A DNA stretch of 64,000 bases from Podarcis erhardii (lineage: Eukaryota), in NCBI GenBank assembly GCA_964252035.1, contig OZ176201.1, one strand, 5' to 3'. This document shows positions 1 to 13,182 of the stretch, in pieces. The first letter of the stretch is position 1, and every line of letters starts with the position of its first letter. The position numbers were made by a program, and so were the translations under genes. Below the pieces are notes generated by a model. The model was not told the origin of the DNA. It saw only the letters and a list, made by a program, of their open reading frames with translations, and made no database searches.

Positions 1-3000
1 TCTTATCGCTCACCAAGCAAATCCATGGCCTGAGGAACACAGGCCCACAGACTGAAGTGCCTCCCCCAGACAAGATGTGTTATTTATAGTTTCAATTAAG
101 GAGCTATATGCTCAAAGTCAGCTCCTGTTTACAATCCCAATACTATGCATATTTACTCTGAAGTAAATCCTATTGAGTTTATCAAGGCTGTTCCTCTCAA
201 GAAGGAGTGCACAGAATTCCAGCCCTAAACACATAGGAGTTAAGCTTCCCTTTACATCCATTACCATTATCTCCCTAGGGCAACAAAGTTATCTAAAGGG
301 GGCTGGGCCACTGATGCTGTTACTAATAAAAATGATATATGACAAAGGTAAAAAGTGTTTTTAAAAATTACTTCCCTAAAGTTACGCTCACATCGAGCAT
401 TAACCTTGAGGCTTATTTGCCTTCCTCTACCATTCAAACTGAGGGCAAATCCAAATTTTGGATCCTTAAATGGTACTGTTTTCTCACATTTGATTGAAAA
501 CACCTCTGTATGAAAAAGCCGTATACATTTTGTTGTGGTATAAAATCAGGGGAGGGGGGGCACTTTCAAGCAAGTAATTTCCCACCTGAACACTGTTGTC
601 ATATCACTGTGTTAGACAACCACACAGACTCAACAGCTGAATGTCTGATTCATACTCAGGAAAGAAACTGGAGTGAAGAAGGAACAAGAAGCATGGAAGC
701 TTCTTTCTAGAGAAGTAATATTCTTAACTCCCACATAATTTGCTCATGTAAATGTTATGTCGCCTTCCCATTTTTCAGAATCATTCACCGAATCATTACA
801 GTTGGAATTAACACAGGAAAAGCTATCTGAAAATAAACTATCAAAATCAGTTTTACACTGTACTGTATTTACAGCTTCTTTTGAAAAGCACATAGCATTA
901 TTACTGTTCAGTTTTCTGCAACCGCCAGGCACCGTTTTCTGCTCTGCATTAAGAACCTTCTTCGTACTCTTGCACCAGTATACTTCTTCACTATGATTTT
1001 GCCAATGGTAACAAATGCAATTGCTCCTATCAGCAGAGAATCACAGAAATCCAACAAGGATTCAGACTGCAGACTGCCATATTGTGCTGACCTATCACAA
1101 TGACTGGATAATGATGCATTTTTAAGTTAAGTCTGATGAGTGATCACAGGTGCTTGATCTGGAGACACACATGCAAACACACAGCCAAAAGTTGGATCCT
1201 TTAATGACAGATCTACTAGTGCACACAGAAGCATAAGAAAACAAGCTGACAAAAATGGTTTACAGAGAAGATTTCATGCAGACTTGAGAAGCAAGATAAT
1301 CATTTACTCAAGCAGTTGAATGCCTCTTTTTTTATTTGCATTAGCGTCTGGTGTGGGCAAGACACCTAGATTAACATTAATAACCTAGGGTGTGCGCATT
1401 TTTGAGATACCCAGAGCAATAATTAAAAAGCCAAGAGGTCAAGGCTTCTAAATGAACCAATTGCAAGGAAGGGAGGAGGAAGTTTAGCTTTGCCAATCTA
1501 TTACCTGACAAGAGAGGAACTGCTACTAACCATCTAATTAGCATCAATTGTGACTTAGGTCCTAAGCACAGAGAAACTGTAGAGGTAGCTACAGAAAGCA
1601 AGATATCAATTTATCCTGCCTGCTGTGGCCACATTGATTTTAATATGTTTTACAGTGAAATCTAGCAGCCCCACCCCCCAAATTTATTTATCATAATATA
1701 AACTTTAATCACCAGCTATACTTCTGGTGTAGTTAATGATATATGCCTGAAAGCATTTCTGACATAGGGATGGGTACATTATTACATTATTGGGTATTTA
1801 TCACCTGATTGGTGGATTCTGAACATGTCTCCCCTCTGCTACGGGGAGTCCTGATAAAATTATGAGCTGCAAGGCTACTCCTTTTAACAGAGGAGATGTG
1901 GTCACATGCCTGTTTGCTGCACAAAGGAAGAGCTCTTCTAAGTGCTGATTCAATTACCAGACGGTGCTTGCCTGAACAATATTTCATTTGTTATGTACAA
2001 AATTGGCTATATAATTATGTTGATATTGTAATTATCTAGTCAACAGCAAAGCTGCTTCCTAAACAACATACAAATTAAACTCTCTCGACATTTGAAGTTT
2101 GCCACCAGCAATGACAAATACAGGGAAGTCTTCTAACTGGAATCCCGCTGGGACCACACAGCATTTATCAGCAACGGTGTACTTTGCTGGTTCTCTCCAC
2201 AGACTGATTGCTGAGCCACTGCCTACAATTTGAACAATTCATCCTGAAGTTCTTGCAGTTCACCACATAAGATACAGGTGATCAGCACTCAACGAGAAAA
2301 CTGTGTTGCAGCAATTATATTGCTGCTTAGCTCCCTTCCCCTGCAAACTCATGCCGCACTTCCCAAATGCAAGTTCTTCTACGCTTGATCTCTAGCGTAC
2401 GAAAGCAACTTATGCACACAATGCTGCACTGGCCACAATGGACACACAACTTCAGAAAACAGCTGTAAGAAGAAATGGGCACTAAATACACCTTCAAACA
2501 TAACACCCTTATTCTGAAGAAGCAATTCTGAATCCATGGAAACAGTTTTCCTAAAACTAAGTGAACACCCTTTTAGGTGTCCTTTTCCGATGGTATCTTC
2601 TGCAGCAGTGATGGCTAACGGGTGGACCTTATACAACCAGCTGAAGGCTTTATGTGGCCCTCCTTGATATGTGAAAGGTGGCGGCAACAGCTTTGGGGAG
2701 GACTCCCCTGATTTCTGACCCCTTTTCTTTACCTTTTCCCATAATTCCCACTGCTGTTGTGAGTGCCCTGCTGTTATTTTCAGATAATTCACAGTGCATT
2801 CTGTCCAGCATTCCCCTGCCCAAAGCAATTTGAGTTGCTTTTAAGTGTTGCTTACTTCAGTGTTCAGAGTGCTTCTACAGCCCTCATGAATAACTCACTT
2901 CTTCAGCAGTTTCGGCTACCACTGCTCAGCAGTTGGCTGTCATGCTTTTCCTGAGAAAGATAAGCCTACACAATTTGTCCAGGGAGCTGCTGCAAATATC

Positions 3001-5194
3001 ATGCAGGCAGCACCTGGACAAGCTGAAGCATTGCAGCAAGCAGCTTCACACTTTCAAAGGTGGTGGGGTTACCAGTGAGTAAGTCAGCTTAATAATCAAA
3101 AGTGCTATTTGATCTTCCTCAAGGCTGTTAAGTAAAAAGGCAGCCAGCAATGCCATGCAATGCATGTAAGACTGAATGAATGTGGAGGAAAGTAGGGGGA
3201 GTTTTTGATGGTAGAAGAAAATAAAGGTAATGTTGTGGGGAAATTGATCTATTCAATGGAGCATAAATTGCCGGGCTGATGTAGTCATTTAAATTAATTA
3301 GGGGAAATAGGAAAAGGAGGGTGCATAAATTTATCAAGGTGGAAGGCAATGAAAATAATTTTGGAGAACATAGTGACAGAAGGGGTACATTGTTGAAGCA
3401 CAAATTGATCTTTAACTGTTAAAAATATGGTGTGAATTGTATTGAGAAAGGGATAATCATGTGCACCGCCTTGAACTCCTTGGAGGAAATATGAGGTATA
3501 AATGAAATGAATGAATAAATTAAATGGGTGTGTCTTAACAGTCACATCACTCTGTTCCTAGTTTGCTTGCACAATGTCTGCCCTACTGACATAGACAAAC
3601 ACACACAAATATTTATCATGATTGCTGTGTTTTTCAAAAGAATTGACACCCCTGCTTTGACATCCCACCCCCACTTCCCTGGGAGGGTTGGCCAAGATGA
3701 GTCAATGTGGCCCTGGGCCCAAAACAGGTTATCCACCCTTGTTCATATAGAGTAAATAAAATGCTGCTGGGATTTTCATCATCATCATCATTATTATTAT
3801 TTTGAATATAGCTAATAATAATAACAACTAAATGCTTAGGATAAAAAGCTACACATATCAGGCCCCTCATCAGATGAAGCAATCAAGTTATTGCTTTGTG
3901 TGTTTGTAAAGAATTGCCACCAGATTGTGAGTAACTGTACCTGGTTTGGCTGGCAGCACCAGTTAGCCCCTTCCTACAGAAATAACAAACAACACTGTGT
4001 GTGTGTGTTGACATGCATTTTGAAGTGGGCGTATGGACAGCAGGTAGATCTTGTAGAAAGTCTTTATTATAGGGACAGATGGTACCAGCAATGTAGAGTA
4101 GAGTGCCCAGGGTCTTTCTAGTAAAGCAGAAATAAAATCAGGCCTGTCACAAATGGGGTTTTAATTGATCCCCCAGAGATGAGATGCCACCAATTCGTAT
4201 TGAAACAGACCATATGTTTTCTAAACACACACCCACACACCCACACCATTTTAATTAGTCACGAGAATTCAACAGAACACAAGACACTTTACTGAAGTAT
4301 TTATTATGTCGCAGAGACTTCTACTCAATAGATAAGGAATTTTGATATTAAATATCAGGATCTATCAATATACTGTATACAATTTATAGTTATGCATGTG
4401 CTCTCTTAAAGCTCCCACAGAGTTCTTCAGTTTCTCAGTCAATTTAGTTCATAGTACATGGATTCACTATGTGATTTAAAGTGAATCTGGCATCAAATTC
4501 AAGGAAGACAGGTTTTCTAATGAGGCTGCCTTAGCAACGTGCCAAAGACAGGCGCTTTCCTCAAACCTGTAAATCGTTTCTTCGTTACAAACTGAAAATT
4601 GGTATCATTGATCAGGAAAGGCCTAGGTGAACAAGTCTGCATTCAGGAGGCACTGAAAACTCTGCAAAATTGGTGCCTAATTTTCTATTATTATCATTAT
4701 CATCAACATTTCCGGAAGGAGACAATTCCACAAGCTAGAGACCAAAAGGGAAAAGGTGGCTCTCCCCCAGTTGTCACCAGACTTCTTCAGGCTGCAACAA
4801 AACCAAGAAGGCCTCATCCTGAAAACTCATTAAGCAGACAAGTTTGCATGGGCAAAGGCACTCCTCTTTCAGGTAACTGGGTCCCAAGTTGTTTTTGTAT
4901 GTGTTGAAATTCCATGGTGAGCTTACCGTACACATGTATTCACCTTAACTGCAGTGCACATGAACACTTTGAGTGCACGACAGGGCTCAGGGTAATTTTT
5001 GCTTTCTGTTTCAGAAGCTGGATTTGCACACCACCTATTGGCCATTAAATAAAGCAACTGTCCCCACCCACCCACCACAATCTCACACTGTGCACAACAG
5101 TGTTCGAAATTAGCCAGGCGCGTTTTGCGGCTGGCGCAGGTCCAGTTACTGGTGAACGACATCTCCATCTGGCTGTTCCCTCCAGCAGAAGTGC

Positions 5195-5395
5195 TTATTT
5201 ACTGCATTTCTAGCCCACCTTTTTCTCCAGGGAATACATGGTTCACCCCTTCCCCAGTTAATTCCTACAATAACCCCATGAGGTAGGTTAAAAAGCTATG
5301 ACTGGCCCACGGTCACCCACTGAGCTTCATGACTGACTGGAGATTTGAACCCTGATCTCCCAGGTCCTAGGTCCAACACCACTACACCACACTGG
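5195..5395 (-). mobile_element. Old tRNA-derived SINE (Squam3-like)
   Basis: Reverse complement reads CCAGTGTGGTGTAGTGG (A box) ... GGTTCAAATC (B box) ... GGGTGACCGTGGGCCAGTCA ... ACCTACCTCATGGGGTTATTGT, the same layout as the SINE at 9869-10114, with an A-rich tail near 5195. Confidence 0.7.
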
Positions 5396-6045
5396 TTTCC
5401 TGGAGTACTTCTGCCATGGGGCAGCTATATAAATTACGAAGGTAAATAAATACGGGAAAAGAAAAATGTCAGAGAAGGATCTGAAATATTTTCCTTGAAG
5501 CTTGAATTTGTCTTATTCTGGATTGTTTTATTTGATGTTTTAATGTGTTGTAAACCACATTAAAGAGATTTTTTTCCTTAAAAATATAAAGAGGTATAGA
5601 ATTGAAATGAATAATGATAACAATAATAAACCCCATCAGAGCAGGGGGTAGGGGTGCCTAGACATTTTGTTGTGGCGACCATAACCTAGGTTTAAGGTGC
5701 CATTTGGCAATTAGCTTATATATCTTAGTTTCTAACATCGTGTACAACGCTGGCTGGCTGGCCCTTGTATCAGGCAGGAAACAATTCCCTCCTTCCTTTT
5801 TTAGAATTTAATTTGAAACAAAAGCTAGAAGCAATGAATAATTGTTTATTCAGTCAGTCACTTGGGGAAAACCACATGTTTTTGTGGGTGTTTTTCTATA
5901 AATAAATAAAAAAAGAAACACTGGTAGTAAACAACGCTACCATCCAACCTAGCACAGTGGAGCTTCTCAATAACAGCACTGAGCACAGGTCTCTAAAAAC
6001 CTTTGTGCCCTGTGTTAAAAGAAAAGATCCTCTTGCATTTTCCTC

Positions 6046-6206
6046 ACTGTAACCTTTCCCAACCTGGTGCCCTCCAGATGTTTTGAATTACAACTCTCAC
6101 CAGCTTCAAGCAGCAGAACAATTGACATCAGGTTAGGGGAGGCTGCTGTGCATGCTGGGGGTGATGAGGCCTGTAGTCGCAAACATTTTGGAAGGCACCA
6201 GTTTAG
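6046..6206. mobile_element. Degraded hAT-type hairpin MITE
   Basis: CCCAACCTGGTGCCCTCCAGATGTTTTGAATTACAACTC ... CTGTAGTCGCAAACATTTTGGAAGGCACCAG forms imperfect inverted arms with the same core as the MITE at 56174-56310. No clear TSD. Confidence 0.55.
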
Positions 6207-6907
6207 TGCACTCCCATGTGGCAACTTACCCCAAATAGACTCCAGCAATACTCCATTTTATACTTCCCTCTCCATTCTATTCCTCCACAAAGACCTACTG
6301 AAAGGCCTTTCTGCTATTCCTGTGCATCCACCTTCCCCTTGTAAGGCTAACTGAACCAAACCAAAACAGCCAATTATAGCCCAGGCTGCTCTGAGGACAA
6401 GATACAGCTTGTTCCCATAGAAGCTGCTTAGAAGTGCACAGAGTGCTTAGAGCACCAACCACCTGGATTTATTAACAGTTCATCATCACATCTGAATTTA
6501 ATAGCCAACTTTTACTCTTCCATTTCCCCTTCACCTCCCAATAGAACAGCAGCATTCTGATCGCTAGGTTCTAATTAGGAAGTGCATTCTCCCTAGCCAA
6601 AGACAGTAATTAAAATACTGCTATGCAACCCTCATAAATATACAAATACACCACAGAGCAAAAAATCAAACAGGCCAAGATGTAAACCAATGTCAAGAGT
6701 CATCTCCAGGGACCACAGGTCTTGGCGTGACTGACAGCACAGCTTTCTATGAAGTCTCTGTCTAAATGAATGTTTACGCCGTCTATCGTTTCCAAGCTCT
6801 GACTGTACAGTTTACACAGCTAAGCTGGATTCTAGCTGGATTCCTTACCAGTCTCTGCATATAAGCACTCCGAACATCTGGAGCACTAAACTAAAAGTGC
6901 AAGAGGT

Positions 6908-6909
6908 GA

Positions 6910-6960
<51 letters not shown>
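6908..6960 (+). repeat. (GAAA)n microsatellite, about 13 units
   Basis: Direct reading of the sequence. Confidence 0.97.
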
Positions 6961-6962
<2 letters not shown>

Positions 6963-7372
6963 GGATGCATATGAGATAATGCAACAGGCTTCTTATTCTA
7001 AAACTGCTCTTTCCCCTGCATCAATTCTTCTTTCCGTGTGCAACCTGAAACTTACCACCATATGCCATACAACTCCCTTTTTTTGGGGGGGGGGCATATA
7101 AAAGAGTTACCAGAGCAGGCTAAACCTCTTGGCTAGTGCTTGAAGGCAATTTTGGACAGAGACAGTACCTGTCATCTGTGCTATAGATGGCACTGACACG
7201 GCTTGGAAGTCGTTTACAAAACTGAGATGTTGTAACACAAACCCGTTGAACTTTACCTATTTCCCTTCCATCACAAGCTTTCATATTTCATGCATATTTA
7301 CGAAGAGAAGCTCTGTTCGAAACAGAAATACACATTTTAAAGAAAGAGTCAATGTTCAACTGCCACATTAGA

Positions 7373-7412
7373 ACTTACTTACTTACTTACTTACTTACTT
7401 ATTTATTTATTT
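7373..7412 (+). repeat. Compound (ACTT)n(ATTT)n microsatellite
   Basis: Direct reading of the sequence. Confidence 0.93.
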
Positions 7413-8871
7413 CCCATTCCCCCCCCCCAAAGTACCTTACGGATAAAACGTAAACCTACAAAAGCATTGGGGGGGGGGCGGCAATCATTAAGGGAATTCC
7501 TCTAAACCAGCTGCTAAAGTAATTAGGGATACAGTCTGCAGAAACTTCATTTCTTGAAGTATTAATTGTAGAGTTAAAAACCTGGAGGGGGGAGGGAACA
7601 GTCTATATATTACACACTCCACTGATTCAAAGAGAACACAGACTGTTCTTCTAATTGTAATGGTTTCCAGGCATTTGCAGTTGACAATTTCGCCAACGCT
7701 CTCACAGGAGGCTGGGGGAGGGATAACAACAACAGGCTACAAAGGATGAAATTAGAAGGAAATAGAAGCTGAGATGGAAAACAAATACTTGTGCAAACCA
7801 AACTGAGAATCTATTTGATGGATACAGATTTTGCTTTAAGCAACAGGAGCTAGCCATCACTTGGGCTGCTTATGGAACAACCAGTTACGGATCATGACCA
7901 AATGGTCCCATGACTGCGCTACTAAGCAAATGTCATCCCAGCACTTCAAACACAGCCTTATTCTCATTAGCATTTCCTTTGGCATAGTAGGAAGAAGGAG
8001 AATAGAGGAGAGTGTTCACTTCCCCACTCTGACCAAATAAGACAACAAACGCCACTGTGTCTAATTGCTACCTGAACCCAGTTAAAAGTTTAAAAAGAAT
8101 CACTAAAATATCCTGCCAGTTTAACTGGAGCATTGAAGTTTCATCCATTTTACTGAGCTCCTTCAGTAGCTTCCTTGAAAAATGTAGCCTATTGTGTCAA
8201 AAGGGAAAGCAGCCTGTGAATGGGACCCTATGGGCAGAGAAAGTCTCCTCTCAGGGCTAGTTTTCCTTCATGGAGAAAGATCAACCCAGGTCTTGCCTCC
8301 CCAATACCCTGACTTGTCAGCGAGAAGAAAACTCATAAAGCAGGAGATTTTGAACTTATTTGGAATCTCCCCAGATCCAAGGAGATTAAACCCTCATTAA
8401 GCAGGTAGCTAACTTCAATAGAAGAAACTAAAGAAACCATCAAGGTGTTTTCCTTTAAAACATGAGGCCATTTCTAGGATTACAAAACCGCAGAATACAC
8501 ACACACTCTCTACCTGCAAACAACCTGCTTTCCATATCATGCATACCATTTTTAAAAACTGAGCTTCTGAATGTAACCCTGGTTACAAATTTGAAATTGG
8601 TCCACTTAATGGTAAAGCTACTATAACCTTTAAAAACCAAAACAAAAATCCATGCACTGCATTTGTGTATCATCTTTCTAAAAACTGGAATAGTACTAAG
8701 CATCTGGAAGATCAGATAGGATAATTTACTAATCACACACATCACTATGGTGATGTCTATTCAACAGTTAGACAACTTCAGTGATTGAAGATCCAGTGAC
8801 AGCTCATTACAATCTTGAACATATGCTAACATGGAATGGGAACTGGGATTGCAATTAGAGGAGCTTTACAA

Positions 8872-8955
8872 TGCAAGACTCTGCATGTTTACTTGGAAGC
8901 AAGCCCCACTGAATTCAATGGGACTTACTCTCAGGTATGAATGCACAGGATTGCA
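8872..8955. mobile_element. Short imperfect palindromic MITE-like repeat (about 85 bp family)
   Basis: TGCAAGACTCTGCATGTTTACTTGGAAGCAAGCCCCA-CTGAATTCAA-TGGGACTTACTCTCAGGTATGAATGCACAGGATTGCA: the two halves are reverse-complementary. More diverged relatives lie near 133-222, 38819-38905, 54548-54633, 59283-59350, 61893-61977 and 62355-62513. Confidence 0.65.
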
Positions 8956-9450
8956 GCCTTAAGGATTTATCCCCTAAGGCTAATCTTTGACATTTATAGA
9001 CAATTCTTTCAATTCAAAATCCAGACAATGGTTTGGAAGGAAAGATGACAGCAAACTAGTTGCGGAATATTTTAGCAGTAGATCATCAGAGCGTTTCCAG
9101 CACTTAGTTTTTAGTTACTATAGCAATACTTCCCTTTAAATATATAGCGGCAAATGCGTGGCAGACACACAAAAGAAATGTCATTTTCAAACCTACATAA
9201 AAAGGCTCTCCTCTTCTACTTCACGAAACCACATTTCAAACATTGTCATTACTGCTTACTGCCTGCACCACAGGAGGAGACTGGGATATTCTGAAAGGTA
9301 CAATTTCCCTTCCCCCCACCAAAAAACACCCCTGTATAAATTGCAAAAGGAATGCATGCCCATTTCTCTCACACACTTGTTAGTTATTTCAAAACTTTAA
9401 ACTGCTACCTGCACAATGCTGACTGCAATCACTCAGTGCAGGTTAAGGTT

Positions 9451-9762
9451 GTAAGAAGTGCCTTGCTGGACCAGAAGAAAGGCCCATTCTCTCCAGCATC
9501 CTGCCCTCAGAGCAGCCAACCAGATGTGCATGGAAAACCCACGAGCAGGATACGTGCTTAACAGCACTTTCCCTGCTAGGGATCCCAGCAGGTATTCAGG
9601 GATTGGAGGTATTACACTGCAAGCATGACTACCCTTATCCTTCATGAATTTGTCTAAACCCATTTTAAAGTCATGCAAGTTGGTGACCATCACTATATTC
9701 CATTCCCAACAAATTCCACAGTTCAACAATTAGCTTTATGAAGAAGTACCTTCCCTTTTGTC
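9451..9762 (-). mobile_element. CR1 LINE 3' fragment
   Basis: The minus-strand translation VMVTNLHDFKMGLDKFMKDK matches the CR1 ORF2 C-terminus (consensus-like LDGFKRGLDKFM). It is followed by a CR1-type 3' UTR ending ...GGCACTTCTTAC. Confidence 0.75.
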
Positions 9763-9868
9763 AATCAAAGCTGCAACTCGGGCCTTGCAATTCAGCTTAC
9801 AGTTACTGTACCACTATCATACTGCACGGGGCACACTGAGTATGGCTACTCAAAATGTTTTCAACTCT

Positions 9869-10114
9869 ACAGCCAGTGTGGTGTAGTGGTTAAGAGTGGT
9901 AGACTCGTAATCTGGGGAACCGGGTTCACTTCCCTCCTCCTCCACATGCAGCTGCTGGGTGACCTTGGGCTAGTCACACTTCTCTGAAGTCTCTCAGCCC
10001 CACTCACCTCACAGAGTGTTTGTTGTGGGGGAGGACGGGAAAGGAGAATGTTAGCCGCTTTGAGACTCCTTAGGGTAGTGATAAAGCGGGATGTCAAATC
10101 CAAACTCTTCTTCT
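9869..10114 (+). mobile_element. Full-length tRNA-derived SINE, Squam3 family
   Basis: AGCCAGTGTGGTGTAGTGGTTAAGAG (Pol III A box), CCGGGTTCACTTCCC (B-box region), body GGGTGACCTTGGGCTAGTCAC...CACCTCACAGAGTGTTTGTTGTGGGG and a (CTT)n tail, matching the known Squam3 layout. Confidence 0.88.
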
Positions 10115-10159
10115 ACACTGAAATTGGGGCTGTTAAAAACATTGTAAGGTTAAGAAGCC

Positions 10160-10370
10160 GTCCTACTGAAGCACACCATTTGTCTAAGTAGCCCGACACT
10201 GTCCACACTGTCTCCAATTGGCAGCAGCTCTGCATCTATCCAGGGTCTCAAACGAAGTTCCTTCCCAGCTCTACTTTTCGAAATCCTCTTAGCTGGAATT
10301 TCCAGGGATTGAACTTGAGACCCTCCGCAAGCAAAGCACATGCTCTACCAAATGAGTGACAGATGCTCCC
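10160..10370 (-). mobile_element. Old tRNA-derived SINE with CR1-like tail
   Basis: Reverse complement gives CTCATTTGGTAGAGCATGTGCTTTGCTTGCGGAGGGTCTCAAGTTCAATCCCTGG (tRNA head) ... GCTGCTGCCAATTGGAGACAGTG. Same family as 11490-11668. Confidence 0.65.
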
Positions 10371-11489
10371 AAGTCCAACTCAGCCAAGTGGGATGGAACC
10401 ACCAGCCAAACAAACACAGACGGGGATAAATTTGCATAGAACCTTAAGGCTTACAGTCCTTTAAACAAAAATCCAGAAAGCTGTATCCCTTGTTTACTCA
10501 CCAAGCAAACAGCTTTATAATATAAGCAAAGAACGGGAGGTCAGGGTGCTTGGGTTTCTGTTCCTGATCCATTAATCCCCACATCAAGTGTACACACCCT
10601 CGTTCTCGCCACTCGTTGTTTTCTCTGTCCACAAAACGGTGGCTGCTTCTTGTTCTTTAGGCCAACATGACATTATTCTTGGCTAACAACTGGCACTTGC
10701 AGCCACTAATTTACAGGTACATAGATAAATTTAGTCAGGGTTAAGACAGTACTAAAACCTTGGAAGGAGAAAAAAATGCAGCCCAGTTAAAAGGTAGCTA
10801 TGGGGCAACCCTGTATTGCCCAGCAATGGAACACCTTATATGTAGTGATTGCATAGTGATAAGCATGCTTAGAGGTTTTTGAAGTGTTAAGCGGTTTATG
10901 AATGCTCCTGATAATAAAAAAAGAGCACCAAAGCTGTATGCGCATACAGAGACTTGCTAATATGCCTGCCATATTGTAACTCTCTCTCTTGTGCTTTATC
11001 CTAATGCATGACAGAAATAGATAGGGTTTACTTTACTCCTTGCAGCTGCAATATAAAAGGTAGAGAAAAGGTCATTTTCAACTAGATGAAGCATTTGAGC
11101 AACTCCCATTGCAAAAAAGGAGTACTGCTTCAAAGCACTACTGATAAAATTTTCAAGTTTTCTTGAAATAAGCATGGGTTTAAATTCAGGTATAAGAACC
11201 ACTTATTTAAAGGTTACAGAAGTAGTATGTCTTCAGGAGCATTCCCCTAACCAGTAGCCAAGACTTAAGAACTGGGATTTACCCTTCGGTTTGGAAGGGT
11301 TTCAGCCTTGTCGCTGAAGTAGCGCTATAGATTCACTCATGAAAGGAAACAGAATAGTGGTTAAAAAACAACAGCAGTGACACACTGAATCATGGGGTGG
11401 AAACCTGGTAGGATGAAAGTATAGCAAAGCTGTTGCAGCAGCAACTACAACAATCCACTCTCCACTGCTAGGGTGGGGAACTTATCTTA

Positions 11490-11668
11490 GGGAAGTAGCT
11501 CAGTGGGTGCCCAGCACATGTCTTGCATGCAGAAAGCCTCTGGGTTCAGTCCATGCTATCTCCAGTAGGGCTAGAAATGTCCCGTCTGAATGGCTGCTAG
11601 TCAGTGAAGACAATACTGAGGTAAATAAAGCAATGGTGTAACTCTGTACCAGATAGCTTCTTAGGTTC
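11490..11668 (+). mobile_element. tRNA-derived SINE with CR1-like tail
   Basis: GGGAAGTAGCTCAGTGG (A box) ... TTGCATGCAGAAAGCCTCTGGGTTCAGTCC (B box) ... GGCTGCTAGTCAGTGAAGACAATACTGAG ... AGCTTCTTAGG. Confidence 0.7.
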
Positions 11669-12060
11669 TCTCTCAATAGCACCATGCCCTCTGGGATGCT
11701 TTTGTCAGGGGACACAGGCTGACGATGTGCAGGGTGACTTCCCATCCCCCTCTGCCAGCCCTTTTCTCTTTCTCCTGCCTCCCTTTCCTCAGTATTTCCC
11801 CTCCTTGTTTCTCCAAGAGATTGGGCCAAGGGCTGCCAACTGCCCACTCCTGCTTTGTCACATAAGCAGGTTAGAAGCCTGTCAGCCAGCCTTGGGAGCC
11901 TCATCTTCCTTAAGGCCCCAGGAGGTTCATGATAGGGAAGGATGCAGATAGGGTTGCTCAATCAAATCCTATTGCAATGGTACTGGGACAGAATGGGACA
12001 AGCCAGATCTGTGAGGCAGGGTTAGCTAAATTCAATTAAAACATGATTAAGAGGAGGTCT

Positions 12061-12284
12061 GGTTGTGGTTGGCATCCCTCTATCTCGGGAGACAATGGAA
12101 GACACCTTTGGGGGGTGAAGTCAAACTGTTGGAGAGTTACAGCACCTGCTGTGGCTGTAGAGAAAGATTTGGGAGAGACATGTTTTGTTGCAGCTGGGGC
12201 AGATGAAGCCATCCGATTGTGCTGCTGCAGGTGTACCATACCATTTCTTCTCCCTGCTCTCCTCCCAGCAGGCATTCATCCTCG
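12061..12284 (-). mobile_element. RTE-clade LINE 3' end (family A)
   Basis: Minus-strand translation WEESREKKWYGTPAAAQSDGFICPSCNKTCLSQIFLYSHSRCCNSPTV* contains the RTE C-terminal Cys/His motif (CxxC...SH). It is homologous to 59905-60060. Confidence 0.8.
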
Positions 12285-12403
12285 GGTCAAACCTATATCC
12301 CCACTGCGGGAGGACGTGTGGATCCAGAATTGGCTTCCACAGTCACTTACAGACTCACTGTTAAGACTGTGTTCATGGAAGACAATCTTACTCGGCTATG
12401 AGT
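12285..12403 (+). mobile_element. RTE-clade LINE 3' end (family B)
   Basis: Plus-strand translation NLYPHCGRTCGSRIGFHSHLQTHC* is a decayed CxxCxxxCxSRIGLxSHxRxH RTE C-terminus, followed by a short 3' UTR (GGAAGACAATCTTACTCGGCTATGAGT). Confidence 0.8.
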
Positions 12404-13182
12404 CTTTCCGGTATACTGTAAGGATGTCCTCAAACCAGGGTTGCATGACTCCAGGGGGCTTACCCTTTGAATATTTTGAAGGAAGGGCTGTGTAGTGTTA
12501 AACAGGGTGTGGATGTATGTCACCTTTGAAAGTGATGCTCAAGGCCTCTGAGAACTTCCCATGGCCACCTCTGACTTTCGGGGAAAGCTGCCACAAGGTA
12601 AACACAGAGCAATACACTTCATGTGGCGCAGTCTGGAGGGATGGGAATGCCAACTCTGCCAGATGGCAGCCTCTAGTACTGTGATTGAAGTCAAATGCAG
12701 AGCTGGCACCCTGTGTTTAAAAGTGCTCTTGTGCTGCTCTAAAATAGATTCCAAATGTCTAATGGCAGGGCTTCTCCCTTACACGCACCCAGAGAGGGAA
12801 GAGATTACAAGGAAGAAGAAGAAATACACTAACATTAGCCTGTCAAAATACAGGCAGTTGTTTAACTGTGAACATCAGTCAAAGGGGAGGAAACAGACTA
12901 TGATGATTTTTTCCCCCTAGGTAACAATTCTGAATCTCACAGCTCGCCCAGGTCCTTGTGCCTGCCAAGCTGTTGTATCACTATCACCCGGTTGCACAAT
13001 TCAATAGAGAGAGTCACTTCTTAGGAGAAGGATGAGGAAGTCTAGAAGCGAGGCATAGCTATGTCTTCTCACCTTGTGAGAAGTGAGCCCTGGTGTTGAT
13101 GCAAAGGTTGCACCTCACAGGGATTCTACTGAAAACTGCCTCCCCCAAGCTGAACACTCGCCCGCTGCAAGAGCAAGAACTA

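Noticed and set aside
400-505. Minus-strand KDPKFGFALS resembling a PDZ carboxylate-binding loop
   Set aside because: Similarity is limited to a few residues and the rest does not follow a PDZ pattern.
1100-1140. ATGATG...CTGA as a C/D-box snoRNA
   Set aside because: Box C is imperfect, the spacing is too short and there is no terminal stem.
2379-2828. 149-aa minus-strand ORF as a host gene
   Set aside because: No recognisable domain or motif and no convincing splice context; an ORF of this length is expected by chance in 64 kb.
9869-9940. A/B-box segments (also at 11490 and 41798) as tRNA genes
   Set aside because: They continue directly into SINE bodies and tails and do not close a cloverleaf acceptor stem.
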